The translations under genes and the position numbers were made by a program. From assembly GCA_016218915.1 (NCBI GenBank), contig JACRCQ010000006.1, forward strand, positions 114,964-178,963: a stretch of 64,000 bases of DNA, read 5' to 3'. Shown here piece after piece: positions 16,550 through 25,591 of this stretch. This DNA comes from Deltaproteobacteria bacterium (GTDB lineage Bacteria > Myxococcota_A > Polyangia > Polyangiales > Polyangiaceae). Within the stretch, counting starts at the first letter, position 1, and every line of letters begins with the position of its first letter. The notes under the pieces were generated by a model that was not told the DNA's origin, did not search any database, and saw only the letters and a list, made by a program, of their open reading frames with translations.

Positions 16550-19500
16550 GACTTCTCCCCGGGGCGCGGCGGACGCGTGGAGCGGCGTTGCATGATGACC
16601 TCGATGGAGCTCTCAGCGATGTCGCGCACGGCCGAGGAGCCGAGAATGCGTCGTTTGGCAGCCTCCTTGAGGGCTTCGTAGGCCATCTCGGAGTCCGAGG
16701 TGGCGAGGTACTCGGCAGCCAGCGCACGGGTCTGATCGAGCGCGTTGTTGCTGAACAGCGCCTTCTTGTTGAGCCACTCCACGGCCAGCGCGTCGGCGCG
16801 TCGCACGTTGAGCGCTGCCACGGCGAGGAACAGCAGCCGCTGCTCTCCGAGCGGAAGCGACGAGAACGTCTCCTGCTGCACGCGCCACGTGAGGATCGGG
16901 CCCGCAGCGGCCACGTGACGATCCATGATCATCTGCAGCACCTGGATGCGCATCTCCGGGTCAGGATCCTCGATCAGCTGACGCAGCTGATCGCGCGCGC
17001 GCTCCGCAGGAGCTTCGGGCAATGCGGCCAGCCCTTCGATACGCACCTCCAGGTGCGGTGAGAGCAACGCGTTGTTCATGGCGCGTATGGCAGGAACGGT
17101 ACCGATGGACCGAAGCACGCGAATCAGGGCGAGCGCGATCTCGGGTCGGCTCTGCGCGAGCATCTCGCCGAGCGCGATCTCACGGCCGGCCGCACGCCGC
17201 GAAACGAACTCGATCGCAGACTCCTGCAGCGATGCATGCAGGGTCTGCAGGCTCGCCAGGATCGGCTCGAACAGCCCTTCGTCCGTGCCCAGCGCCATCA
17301 CCCTCCGCAGCCCGAGCAACGCGGTGTCCGAGGGATGGGCTTCGCCCTTCAGCTCCTCGAACACGGCGCCGAGACGCGCCGGCGGGAAGACCGTTCGTAC
17401 CAGCTCGTCGCGCACCTGGCCCGAAGCCGGCTCCCCTAGCATGGGCGCTGCCGCATCGAGCGCGGTGAACAGGTCGAGCACCACCCCGGGCGCGTGGGCG
17501 GCCACCTGCCGCTCGCTCCAGTCGCCCAGCGGACCGAGACGCGCCCCTTCGGGCCCGTCCAGATGCTTGTTGTCGTAGGCACGCAAATAGCCGATCGCGT
17601 AGCGCTCCATCCACTCCTGCGCCTCAGGCTCCAGGGATTCGGATAGCGCGTCCTTCATCTCCTGGTCGATGCCTGACGCGGCTGCGACCTCTGCCAGCTC
17701 GTGCATCGCCAGGGTGTGTGCCTCGAGCGCTGCTTCGCCTTCGTCGCTCAACGTCGCCATCTGGCCAAGCTGCTTGGCAATCTCGTCGCGCTGCTCCTCG
17801 AAGATCGGATCGTCTCCCTCGGCAAACGCGTCCACCGCGTACCACGCAACGTGCGCCAGCTTCCTGTCCCACAACGCCGTTGCCGCGTCGTCGTCCGAGC
17901 CGAACCCGAGCGCTGCATCGCGCAGCAGCACACCCAGGAAGTCCTGCAGCTCCGCATAGGTCAAGCCCGGCTGCAGCTGTACGCGACGAATGCCTTCGGC
18001 GAACAGCTCGTAGGGGATCCGATCGTACGGAGCGCGATCCGGCTTCCAGATCGTCTGCCCGCGGTAGCTGAACTCGATGGACCCCACGTTCCAGACGATC
18101 GAGCGCGGCGAGTCGGCCAGCGCTGCCTTGAGCTCCTCCATCCCGCGATCCATCTGCCGTTGGGTCACAGGGTGATCCCACTTGTACTGCCGCGCGGTCT
18201 GCATCACCAACGCCAGCTGCGACCAGATCGCCACCAGCCGAGCCACGTTGACCTCGATCGTGCGATCGGCCATCTCGTCGGGCTCTTCCTTGATCTCGTT
18301 GGCTCGCACCTCCTGCACGCGCGGCTTCTTCTTCGGACGCACATCCGCGATCGTCCCTGCACGAAGCGACAGCAGCATCCCCGACAGCTCGTTGCGGAAG
18401 GCGCTGGCGTCGATGCGCTTCGCTACGTCCACCCCCGTCGTGATCAGCGATACGTCGATCGCCGGCCCCGCAGGCTTCTGCTCTGCGATCGGGTTTGCAG
18501 GCTCAGGAGGGATCCACTCCTGCTCTCCTTGCGGCGGTGGGGGAACCCACTCCTGCTCGACCTGGGGAGGTGGCAGAACCCACTCCTGCTCGACCTGGGG
18601 CGGTGGCGGGACCCACTCGCGCTCTTCTGGCTGTGGCGGCGGGACCCACTCGCGCTCCTCTGGCGGCGGCGGCGGGACCCACTCGCGCTCCTCTGGCGGC
18701 GGCGGCGGGACCCACTCGCGCTCCTCTGGCGATGGCGGCGGAACCCACTCGCGCTCTTGCGGCGGTGGCGGCGGAACCCACTCGCGCTCGGCTGGCGCTT
18801 CGCTCACCCGCACTGCAGCCGTGCTCGGCACGCTGCGCGGAGCAGAGACTTCCGGAGCCTGGCTGACGCGCGCAGCAGCCATGCTCGGCACGCTGCGGGA
18901 AGGAGATATCTCGGCAGCCTGGCTCTCGCGCGCAGCAGGCACGCTCCCGCCACTCGGCTTGGGTTTCGGCTGCACCGCTGGCAAAGGAGTCCTGGTGGGC
19001 TCGTCGAAGACCGGAATGGCCTTGACCATGCCCACGAGAATGCCAGCGCGATACGCTGCACCGAGGGCGACCGAGCCGTCCGGATCGAGACGACGCGAAG
19101 CGATCGTGCCCAGCCCGCGCTCGATCGCCGCGCGCACTGCGGGCAGACGGCTGCTGCCGCCTGTGGCGTAGATCGCGGACAACGCACTTCGATCGAGCCC
19201 TGCGTCCACCAGCGCAGCGGCGCACACCTGCTCGACGCGGGCGCCGACCTCGGCCATGAACCCTTCGACAGCCTGCGGATCGAGCTGCAGCTCCTGGTTG
19301 ACGACACCCGATCCGATCGGCAGGAACGGGATGACCGTCGACACGGTGGAAACCTGCCCCAGCCCCTGCTTCGCGGACTCGCACGCCTGCCGCAGCATTT
19401 CGAGGACCGAGGCGTTCGGCTCGAATTCGCCGAGATCTCCCTTCAAGGACTCGACGAACGCTTCGGTCAGGCTCCAGTCGACGTCGTCGCCGCCCCCGAA

Positions 19501-20154
19501 CGGATCGCCGAGCGTGGAGACCATGCGCACGCCGCCGGGTCCTGTCTCCAGGATCGATGCAGTGGTTCCAGCGGCGCCCACGTCGACGATGGCGATGAAG
19601 CGGTTGCCTTGCGACGCATCGAGCAGGGACAGTGCGGTACAGGTCGCTTCGTTGAGGACGATGACAGGACCGACCTCGGCACGGCGCGCCACGTCGTAGA
19701 GCGCCGTGCGCTGATCCGGGCCGTACCATGCAGGTGCAGTGAGAACCAGCGCAGCCGGCCGCTCGCCGCAATGCTGGATCGCAACGTCGAGCACGTCCGC
19801 GAGCAGCGAGGCCGCGAGCTCCTCCACTTCGTAGAGCTGCTCGCCCAGCCGCAGCAGCTTGACGCCGTCCTCCGTGGCTTCCACGCCGTAGGGCAGGCGC
19901 GATGCCAGCACCTGCACCACCGGATCGTCGACGGATCGGCCGAGCAGTCGCTTGATCGCCCGCACGGTCTGCCCCGGGTGCGTGGTGGCCCGGGACAGCG
20001 CGGCGTTTCCCGTTCGCACCGTATCCCCTGCCAGGGAGATCACCGCGGGAAACCTGCGGGTGCCATCGGCGAATTGCACCAGCTCCGCCGCTGCGTTGCG
20101 AAGCATGGCAACGCGCGCATAGGCGGTTCCGAGGTCGATCCCGACGGCCAGCAA
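16546..20154 (-). CDS. Hsp70-family ATPase (NBD only) fused to a Pro-rich repeat linker and a HEAT-repeat C-terminal region
   Basis: TTG start with GGGAG Shine-Dalgarno. Hsp70/actin-fold motifs: GIDLGTAY, VLTAPAWY, LNEATCTAL, DVGAAGTT, GGGDDVD, ATGGSSRLPAV, DPDGSVALGAA. Then 9 EREWVPPPPPE repeats, then about 600 aa with HEAT-like helices (AIRAMNNALLSPHLEVRIEGLAAL, DPDPEMRIQVLQMI). No Hsp70 substrate-binding domain. Confidence 0.88.
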   Translation of the reverse strand: MLAVGIDLGTAYARVAMLRNAAAELVQFADGTRRFPAVISLAGDTVRTGNAALSRATTHPGQTVRAIKRLLGRSVDDPVVQVLASRLPYGVEATEDGVKLLRLGEQLYEVEELAASLLADVLDVAIQHCGERPAALVLTAPAWYGPDQRTALYDVARRAEVGPVIVLNEATCTALSLLDASQGNRFIAIVDVGAAGTTASILETGPGGVRMVSTLGDPFGGGDDVDWSLTEAFVESLKGDLGEFEPNASVLEMLRQACESAKQGLGQVSTVSTVIPFLPIGSGVVNQELQLDPQAVEGFMAEVGARVEQVCAAALVDAGLDRSALSAIYATGGSSRLPAVRAAIERGLGTIASRRLDPDGSVALGAAYRAGILVGMVKAIPVFDEPTRTPLPAVQPKPKPSGGSVPAARESQAAEISPSRSVPSMAAARVSQAPEVSAPRSVPSTAAVRVSEAPAEREWVPPPPPQEREWVPPPSPEEREWVPPPPPEEREWVPPPPPEEREWVPPPQPEEREWVPPPPQVEQEWVLPPPQVEQEWVPPPPQGEQEWIPPEPANPIAEQKPAGPAIDVSLITTGVDVAKRIDASAFRNELSGMLLSLRAGTIADVRPKKKPRVQEVRANEIKEEPDEMADRTIEVNVARLVAIWSQLALVMQTARQYKWDHPVTQRQMDRGMEELKAALADSPRSIVWNVGSIEFSYRGQTIWKPDRAPYDRIPYELFAEGIRRVQLQPGLTYAELQDFLGVLLRDAALGFGSDDDAATALWDRKLAHVAWYAVDAFAEGDDPIFEEQRDEIAKQLGQMATLSDEGEAALEAHTLAMHELAEVAAASGIDQEMKDALSESLEPEAQEWMERYAIGYLRAYDNKHLDGPEGARLGPLGDWSERQVAAHAPGVVLDLFTALDAAAPMLGEPASGQVRDELVRTVFPPARLGAVFEELKGEAHPSDTALLGLRRVMALGTDEGLFEPILASLQTLHASLQESAIEFVSRRAAGREIALGEMLAQSRPEIALALIRVLRSIGTVPAIRAMNNALLSPHLEVRIEGLAALPEAPAERARDQLRQLIEDPDPEMRIQVLQMIMDRHVAAAGPILTWRVQQETFSSLPLGEQRLLFLAVAALNVRRADALAVEWLNKKALFSNNALDQTRALAAEYLATSDSEMAYEALKEAAKRRILGSSAVRDIAESSIEVIMQRRSTRPPRPGEKS
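18508..18795 (-). repeat. nine tandem 33-nt coding repeats (EREWVPPPPPE units) inside the Hsp70-like gene
   Basis: Plus-strand unit gggacccactcgcgctcctctggcggcggcggc. Two adjacent copies are identical and the others carry 1-6 substitutions. In frame with the CDS. Confidence 0.9.
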
Positions 20155-20232
20155 TCCCGATGCTCCCTGTGGGCGGGCTCGTTGCCCGACGTTGCAGAGC
20201 CTAGTACTGCGTGCTGGACGTGGATAGGGGGA

Positions 20233-21363
20233 TCAGGGAGCGGCGATCGGGCCACGACGGCGCGGTAACAGCATGCGCACGCATAGCCCCTTGCCCGACG
20301 GAGTGTCGGCGAGCTCGAGCTTGCCGCCGTGCTCCTGCATCACGTCCTGGATGACGCTCATGCCCAGGCCGGTGCCCGAAGACTTGGTCGTGAAGAAGGG
20401 CTCCAGCGCCTGGGTCCTCGCATCCTGGCTCAGCCCGGGACCGTCGTCCTCGATCTCGATCAGGACATGCGATGGTTGCTCGCTGCAGCGCACCACCACG
20501 CGTCCCCCTGGCCCCGTGGCTTCCATCGCGTTGGATATGGCGTTGACGAGCGCCTGCACCAGACGGTGCGGGACATGGGACACCACCGGGCAGTCGCCTG
20601 CGCGCGGCACGGAAACGGTCACGCGCGAAAGCGTGATCCTCTGCTTGAGAAAGAGCAACGCGGTGTCGACGGCTGGCGCCAGGCTCGACTCCTCCGCATC
20701 GGCCGTGTTGCGTCGAGAAGCCCCCCGGATTCGGGTGATGAACGTGTGGATCGCCTGCCCAGCTTGATCCATCTCGTCGGCGATCAAAGCAAGATCCTTG
20801 CGTTTGTCCTCGTCGAGCGCGGCGGTGCTGAGCAGATCAGCGCGCAGGAAGTCGGCATTGGTGCGGATGACGCTCAGAGGGCCAGCCACTTCGTGCGCGA
20901 GCGTCGCCATGAGGGTGCCGAGCATGGCAAGCCCGTCGACGTGTCGAAGGCGCGACTCGAGCTGGGCCAGCCGTTCGAATTCCTCTTTGCGCACGCACAG
21001 GGCTTTGCAGAGCCTCTCGACGCGCGGAAGGAAGGCGGCGACGTCAAAAGGGCGGATGATCACGTCGTTGGCGCCGGAATCGATGAACCAGCCGACGTCG
21101 CCCTCCCGGCTCTCGGAGCCGAGGATGAAGACCTGCGCCCATGGAAGCTGCGCGCGCGCGGCTCGGATCAGCGTCATCCCGTCGCCATCCGGCAGATCCG
21201 GGTCGAGAAGCAGGACCTCCGGACAATTCGCGGCCAGCGATTCGACCGCTGCAGCAAGCGTGGCCGCCGCACTCGGCGTGCCGAATCGTCCCAGCAAACG
21301 CATGAGCACATGGCGTGCTTCGGGCTCAGGCTCCACCAGCAGCAGCCGCGTCTCCTCAGCCAC
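20233..21363 (-). CDS. hybrid response-regulator receiver / histidine kinase
   Basis: ORF 20233..21555 trimmed to the GTG at 21363 (VAEETRLLLVEPEPE), which overlaps the FHA gene stop by 8 nt. Receiver motifs LLLDPDLPDGDG. H-box ATLAHEVAGPL. N and G boxes NAISNAMEAT, DDGPGL, GTGLGMSV. Confidence 0.85.
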   Translation of the reverse strand: MAEETRLLLVEPEPEARHVLMRLLGRFGTPSAAATLAAAVESLAANCPEVLLLDPDLPDGDGMTLIRAARAQLPWAQVFILGSESREGDVGWFIDSGANDVIIRPFDVAAFLPRVERLCKALCVRKEEFERLAQLESRLRHVDGLAMLGTLMATLAHEVAGPLSVIRTNADFLRADLLSTAALDEDKRKDLALIADEMDQAGQAIHTFITRIRGASRRNTADAEESSLAPAVDTALLFLKQRITLSRVTVSVPRAGDCPVVSHVPHRLVQALVNAISNAMEATGPGGRVVVRCSEQPSHVLIEIEDDGPGLSQDARTQALEPFFTTKSSGTGLGMSVIQDVMQEHGGKLELADTPSGKGLCVRMLLPRRRGPIAAP

Positions 21364-21766
21364 CCGGCTTCTCCTCGTCCTTGCGGAGCCCCACGCCGGT
21401 GGTGTCTTCAGGGTCAGCCTCGGAGGGAACGATCGAGGTCGCACCTCGGGTCTGGACCTCGCGACGATGCGAGACCAGCACGAACTCCAGGACGAGCTGG
21501 ACGTCGCCCACCTCGATCCTGTCTTCAGGGCCAACCAGGACCGGATCCTTGCCAATGCGCTGGCCGTTGACGCGCGTGCCGTTGCGGCTGCCGAGATCCG
21601 TCAAAGCGCAACGGTCTCCGACACGGCGCAGAGAGGCGTGCACGCGCGAGACCGAGATGTGGTCCAGGAGCATCGAGCAGTACAGGCTGCGACCGATGAT
21701 GAGCTCGGCGCTTCCCACCTCGGCAATCTGGGCACCTGCCCTCACACGCACGCGAGCCTCGACCAT
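21356..21766 (-). CDS. FHA domain protein
   Basis: 136 aa. LIIGRSLYCSMLLDHISVSRVHASL..LTDLGSRNGTRVNGQRI is the canonical FHA signature (GR..S.H..NGT.VNG). Confidence 0.88.
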   Translation of the reverse strand: MVEARVRVRAGAQIAEVGSAELIIGRSLYCSMLLDHISVSRVHASLRRVGDRCALTDLGSRNGTRVNGQRIGKDPVLVGPEDRIEVGDVQLVLEFVLVSHRREVQTRGATSIVPSEADPEDTTGVGLRKDEEKPGG

Positions 21767-21902
21767 CGCGGCATCTCACGTCACAAGCCGTCGGCTGTCA
21801 ATCCGGCCGTGAATACTGGTGAAACGGCGCACGGGTAGCCGGCGGCAGCCCCAGGGACCGGGGCTTGACGAGCCAGGCCAGAGCGAGCACGAAGTACCGA
21901 CC

Positions 21903-23294
21903 GTGACCGAAGCGAAGCAATACGACGTAATCGTGATAGGAACCGGCCCTGCCGGCCAGCAGGCGGCCTTGCATGCGGCCCGACGCGGACGGCGCGTGGC
22001 CATCGTCGAGCGTCGGAGCATGGTGGGCGGCGTGTGCCTGCACGTGGGGACGATTCCGAGCAAGACGCTTCGGGAGAGCGTGCTTTACCTGAGCGGCTGG
22101 CGCCTGCGCAACATCTACGGTTCGAGCTACGCGGTGAAGAACCAGATAACCATGTCCGACCTGGTGGTCCGGACCCATTTCGTCATCGACCGCGAGCTCA
22201 ACATCATCCAGCGCCACATGGCGAGGGATTCGGTCGAGCTGGTGTTCGGCGTGGCGCGCTTCACCGGCCCCAACGAGGTCATGGTCAGCGCCAACGGCCA
22301 GGAGACCCTGCTGCGCGCTGATCACATCGTGATCGCCACCGGAACCACCGCGTACCGTCCGGCGAGCATCGCCTTTGACGACGAGACGGTCATCGATTCG
22401 GACCAGGTGCTCCAGATCAAGGAGCTGCCCCGTCGCATGACCATCCTGGGCGCAGGCGTCATCGGGATCGAATACGCCTCGATCTTCTCCACGCTGGACA
22501 TCGAGGTGACCGTGGTCAGCCGATCGTCCAGCTTCTTTGGATTCGTGGATCGCGAGATCACCGATGCGCTCGCCTATCATTTGCGCAAACGCGGGGTAGC
22601 GCTTCGCATGAACGAGGTCGTGAGCAGGATCGAGCGAGAGGCGGATGGATCGCCTTGTGTGCTGCTGGAGTCGGGCAAGCGCATCCGCTCGCAGCTGGTG
22701 ATGGTGGCTTCCGGGCGCAGTGGAACCGCGGGGCAGCTGGGGCTGGAGACAGCGGGCATCCGCGCCACCGAGCGCGGGCTGGTCAAGGTCGACGAGCACT
22801 TCCGCACAGAAGCTGAGCACATCTATGCGGTCGGAGACGTGATCGGATTTCCAAGCCTCGCATCGACCTCGATGGAGCAGGGTCGTCGGGCCGCATGCCA
22901 TATCCTCGGGCAGCGCGAGCTGCCTGCGATGGACGTATTCCCGTACGGCATCTATTCGATCCCGGAGATCGCCTACATCGGGCGCAACGAAGAGGAGCTG
23001 ACGGCAGCGGGGATCCCGTACGAGACCGGCGTGGCGCACTACCGGGAGATCGCCAAGGGAGAGATGCTGGGCGATGACACGGGAATGCTCAAGATGCTGT
23101 TTCACCGCGACACGCGAAAGCTGCTCGGCGTGCATGCGATTGGAACGGACGCAACGGAGACGATTCACATCGGGCAGGCCGTGATGACGTTGGGGGGGAC
23201 ACTGGACTATTTTCTGGAGGCGGTGTTCAACTACCCGACCCTTGCGGAGTGCTACAAGGTGGCAGCGCGCGACGCTGCGGAGAAGTTGGACTGA
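21903..23294 (+). CDS. sthA: soluble pyridine nucleotide transhydrogenase (Si-specific NAD(P)+ transhydrogenase)
   Basis: YDVIVIGTGPAG FAD motif. GGVCLHVGTIPSK has one Cys with Thr in place of the second redox Cys, as in SthA rather than Lpd. ILGAGVIGIEYA NAD motif. The GTG at 21903 gives an N-terminus matching SthA homologues. An in-frame GTG at 21819 is the ORF-track start. Confidence 0.88.
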   Translation: MTEAKQYDVIVIGTGPAGQQAALHAARRGRRVAIVERRSMVGGVCLHVGTIPSKTLRESVLYLSGWRLRNIYGSSYAVKNQITMSDLVVRTHFVIDRELNIIQRHMARDSVELVFGVARFTGPNEVMVSANGQETLLRADHIVIATGTTAYRPASIAFDDETVIDSDQVLQIKELPRRMTILGAGVIGIEYASIFSTLDIEVTVVSRSSSFFGFVDREITDALAYHLRKRGVALRMNEVVSRIEREADGSPCVLLESGKRIRSQLVMVASGRSGTAGQLGLETAGIRATERGLVKVDEHFRTEAEHIYAVGDVIGFPSLASTSMEQGRRAACHILGQRELPAMDVFPYGIYSIPEIAYIGRNEEELTAAGIPYETGVAHYREIAKGEMLGDDTGMLKMLFHRDTRKLLGVHAIGTDATETIHIGQAVMTLGGTLDYFLEAVFNYPTLAECYKVAARDAAEKLD

Positions 23295-23800
23295 TCAGGC
23301 GAGCCGCGGCGAGGCGTCGCACGGGGCGAGCGAGCCCGCTGCCAGGCCGAACGTCCGGACATTTCCGCCAGGGGGCGAACCGATGCGGGTCTTGGGACAT
23401 CGCCCCGAGCTGAGCGCCGAAGCGTGCGGTTCCGGGACAACGGAGGCCATGCGCGAAAGTCGGGAATGGTGGCGCGCCTTGGGGCAAGGAGCTCGCCGCG
23501 GGTGCGCGCTTCACGGGACAGCCTTCATCAGCCGCAGCTGCACCTGCGTAACCTATGGACCTTGCAGAGAGGCGTGATCTATAGTGCCCCGACGTCGGCG
23601 CGGCAGTACGCGGCGACCTAGACGGAGGACGGATCGGCAAGACGGAGATCGGCTTGCGCTGCGGCTCATCACGCCACAGCGGCCCAGGAAGTGATCGTGG
23701 AGTCAAGGAATTCGGCTGATATCGGACGCACCAGTCCGGCAAGTGGTGGGTTCGTGCGGGGAGCGTCACGGAGCGTGGAGGGGAAGGCGGGAAGCTAAGA

Positions 23801-25591
23801 GTGGAGCGAACGGAGCCAGCGCCGCGGGTACTGGGGAAGTACCGCATCCTTGCCGAGCTCGGGCATGGCGGCATGGCACGCGTGTACCTCGCGGTCGCCC
23901 ACGGGCTGTCCGGTTTCTCCAAGCTGGTCGTTCTCAAGACGATCCGAGTGCACTTGCACGACGAGATCGATGCTGTCGGGATGTTCCTCGATGAAGCGCG
24001 CGTGGCAGGTCGCCTGAACCACCCCAACGTGGTGCAGACCTACGAGATCGCCGAGTACGACGGGCAGCACGTACTCGTCATGGAGTACCTCGACGGCCAG
24101 CCCCTGTCGGTGATCCTCAAGCGCGCTCGCGAGCAGAAGACCGGCTTGACCGTGCCGATGTGCCTGCGCGTGGTGATCGAAGCCCTCAACGGCCTGCACT
24201 ACGTGCACGAGCTGCGTGACTTCGACGGCACCCCGATGAACCTGGTTCACCGCGATGTCTCGCCGCAGAACATCTTCGTGACCTACGACGGCCAGGTGAA
24301 GGTCCTCGACTTCGGAATTGCCAAGGCCGTCACCTCCTCCACCGAAACCAAGGCTGGCGTCGTCAAAGGCAAGGTCGCCTACATGGCGGCCGAGCAGTTC
24401 CTCGATGAGCCGATCGACCGACGTGTCGACATCTTCGCCATGGGCGCGGTGCTCTGGCACGTCGCCACCGGAAAGCGCCTTTGGAAAGGCGATGCCGACG
24501 GTCGCATCGTCAACCGCGTGATCCAGGGCGACATCCCGACGCCCAGCTCCATCAACCCGAACGTGCACCCAGGGCTGGAGAAGGTCGTCCTCAAGGCGAT
24601 GGCGCGCGAGCGTGACGATCGCTACGCGACCGCCATGGAGCTCCAGCAGGACGTGGAGAAAGTCCTGGAGGAGATGCGGGCGCAGTCCACGATTCGCGAT
24701 GTCGGCACCAACGTTGCCTCCACGTTCGCGGACGTCCGAGCCCATCTCACGGCTGCCATCGAGCGCCAGCTGAGCCATGCGTCGAGCGCTTCGCCCGATT
24801 CGGATGCTGACCTGGGCACCGTGCCCCGCATCCGGGGAATGTCGGTTGGCATGGTGACCACGACCGGCGGCTCTTTGTCCACCGGGGGCTCCACAGTGAC
24901 GCCCGCTTCCGGGTCCAACCCTGGCGGCGCGTGGGCTGGCAAGGTCGATAGTGCCTCGATGCACAGAGTCCTCGCCGACCCGGCGACGGTCGAGACGGCT
25001 GCGCACAGCTCGAGTCGCCGGACCACGCGCGTCCTTGCCGTCGTCGGCGTGTGCCTTGCCCTGTTGATCGCGGCCAGCGCGTTGCTCATCACGGCAGCGC
25101 GCAACTCGAATGCGACCGCAGGGCCCGCTGCCTCGTCGGCCCCGGCTCCGTTCCCATCGCCCTCGGATTTCGCAGCCTCGCCTGCGGACTCCGCGGCGGA
25201 TGCGGCCAAGCCCGGAGAGGTCCTGCTGACCTTGAGCGGCGTGCCACCCACGAGCCGTCTGTTCTTCGACGATGCGCCTCTTGCATCGAATCCGTCGACG
25301 CGTCGCCTCGCGCAAGACGGTTCCACGCACAAGGTGCGGGCTGAGGCGCACGGATACGAGACCAAGACCATCGATGTGACCGCGGATCGGGACCAAGCTA
25401 TCTCGATCGTGCTCGAGCGCCCGCTCAGGCCCGGCGAGACGCGTCCGCCGGTCAAGGCGAGCAGCGATCCTGGAAGCAAGACCCCTCCCGCGTCCACGCC
25501 CACGACTCCGGATACCACGAAGACAGCGCCGACCGCGTCCACACCCAGAGACCGCATCAAGACCATCGACAAGAGCAACCCATGGGACTGA
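23801..25591 (+). CDS. Ser/Thr protein kinase with TM segment and C-terminal PEGA-like domain
   Basis: GTG start after a GGAAGG Shine-Dalgarno-like sequence. Hanks motifs GHGGMARVY, VLK, HRDVSPQNIF, DFGIAK, MAAEQ. Hydrophobic VLAVVGVCLALLIAASALLI. Then LLTLSGVPPTSRLFFDD..HKVRAEAHGYETKTIDV (PEGA-like). Confidence 0.9.
   Translation: MERTEPAPRVLGKYRILAELGHGGMARVYLAVAHGLSGFSKLVVLKTIRVHLHDEIDAVGMFLDEARVAGRLNHPNVVQTYEIAEYDGQHVLVMEYLDGQPLSVILKRAREQKTGLTVPMCLRVVIEALNGLHYVHELRDFDGTPMNLVHRDVSPQNIFVTYDGQVKVLDFGIAKAVTSSTETKAGVVKGKVAYMAAEQFLDEPIDRRVDIFAMGAVLWHVATGKRLWKGDADGRIVNRVIQGDIPTPSSINPNVHPGLEKVVLKAMARERDDRYATAMELQQDVEKVLEEMRAQSTIRDVGTNVASTFADVRAHLTAAIERQLSHASSASPDSDADLGTVPRIRGMSVGMVTTTGGSLSTGGSTVTPASGSNPGGAWAGKVDSASMHRVLADPATVETAAHSSSRRTTRVLAVVGVCLALLIAASALLITAARNSNATAGPAASSAPAPFPSPSDFAASPADSAADAAKPGEVLLTLSGVPPTSRLFFDDAPLASNPSTRRLAQDGSTHKVRAEAHGYETKTIDVTADRDQAISIVLERPLRPGETRPPVKASSDPGSKTPPASTPTTPDTTKTAPTASTPRDRIKTIDKSNPWD

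Noticed and set aside
18508-18795. Regularly spaced 33-nt repeats, considered as a possible CRISPR array
   Set aside because: The units are directly adjacent with no spacers, lie in frame within a CDS and encode a Pro-rich peptide repeat.
17701-20268. 855-aa plus-strand ORF antisense to the Hsp70-like gene
   Set aside because: The minus frame carries every Hsp70 NBD motif. The plus frame is Arg/Leu/His-rich with a mirror image of the repeat region.
21798-23168. 456-aa minus-strand ORF antisense to sthA, and the similar 23795..25396 and 26528..27709 ORFs antisense to the kinase and BMP genes
   Set aside because: The opposite frames contain canonical FAD/NAD, Hanks kinase and BMP motifs. These ORFs have none.
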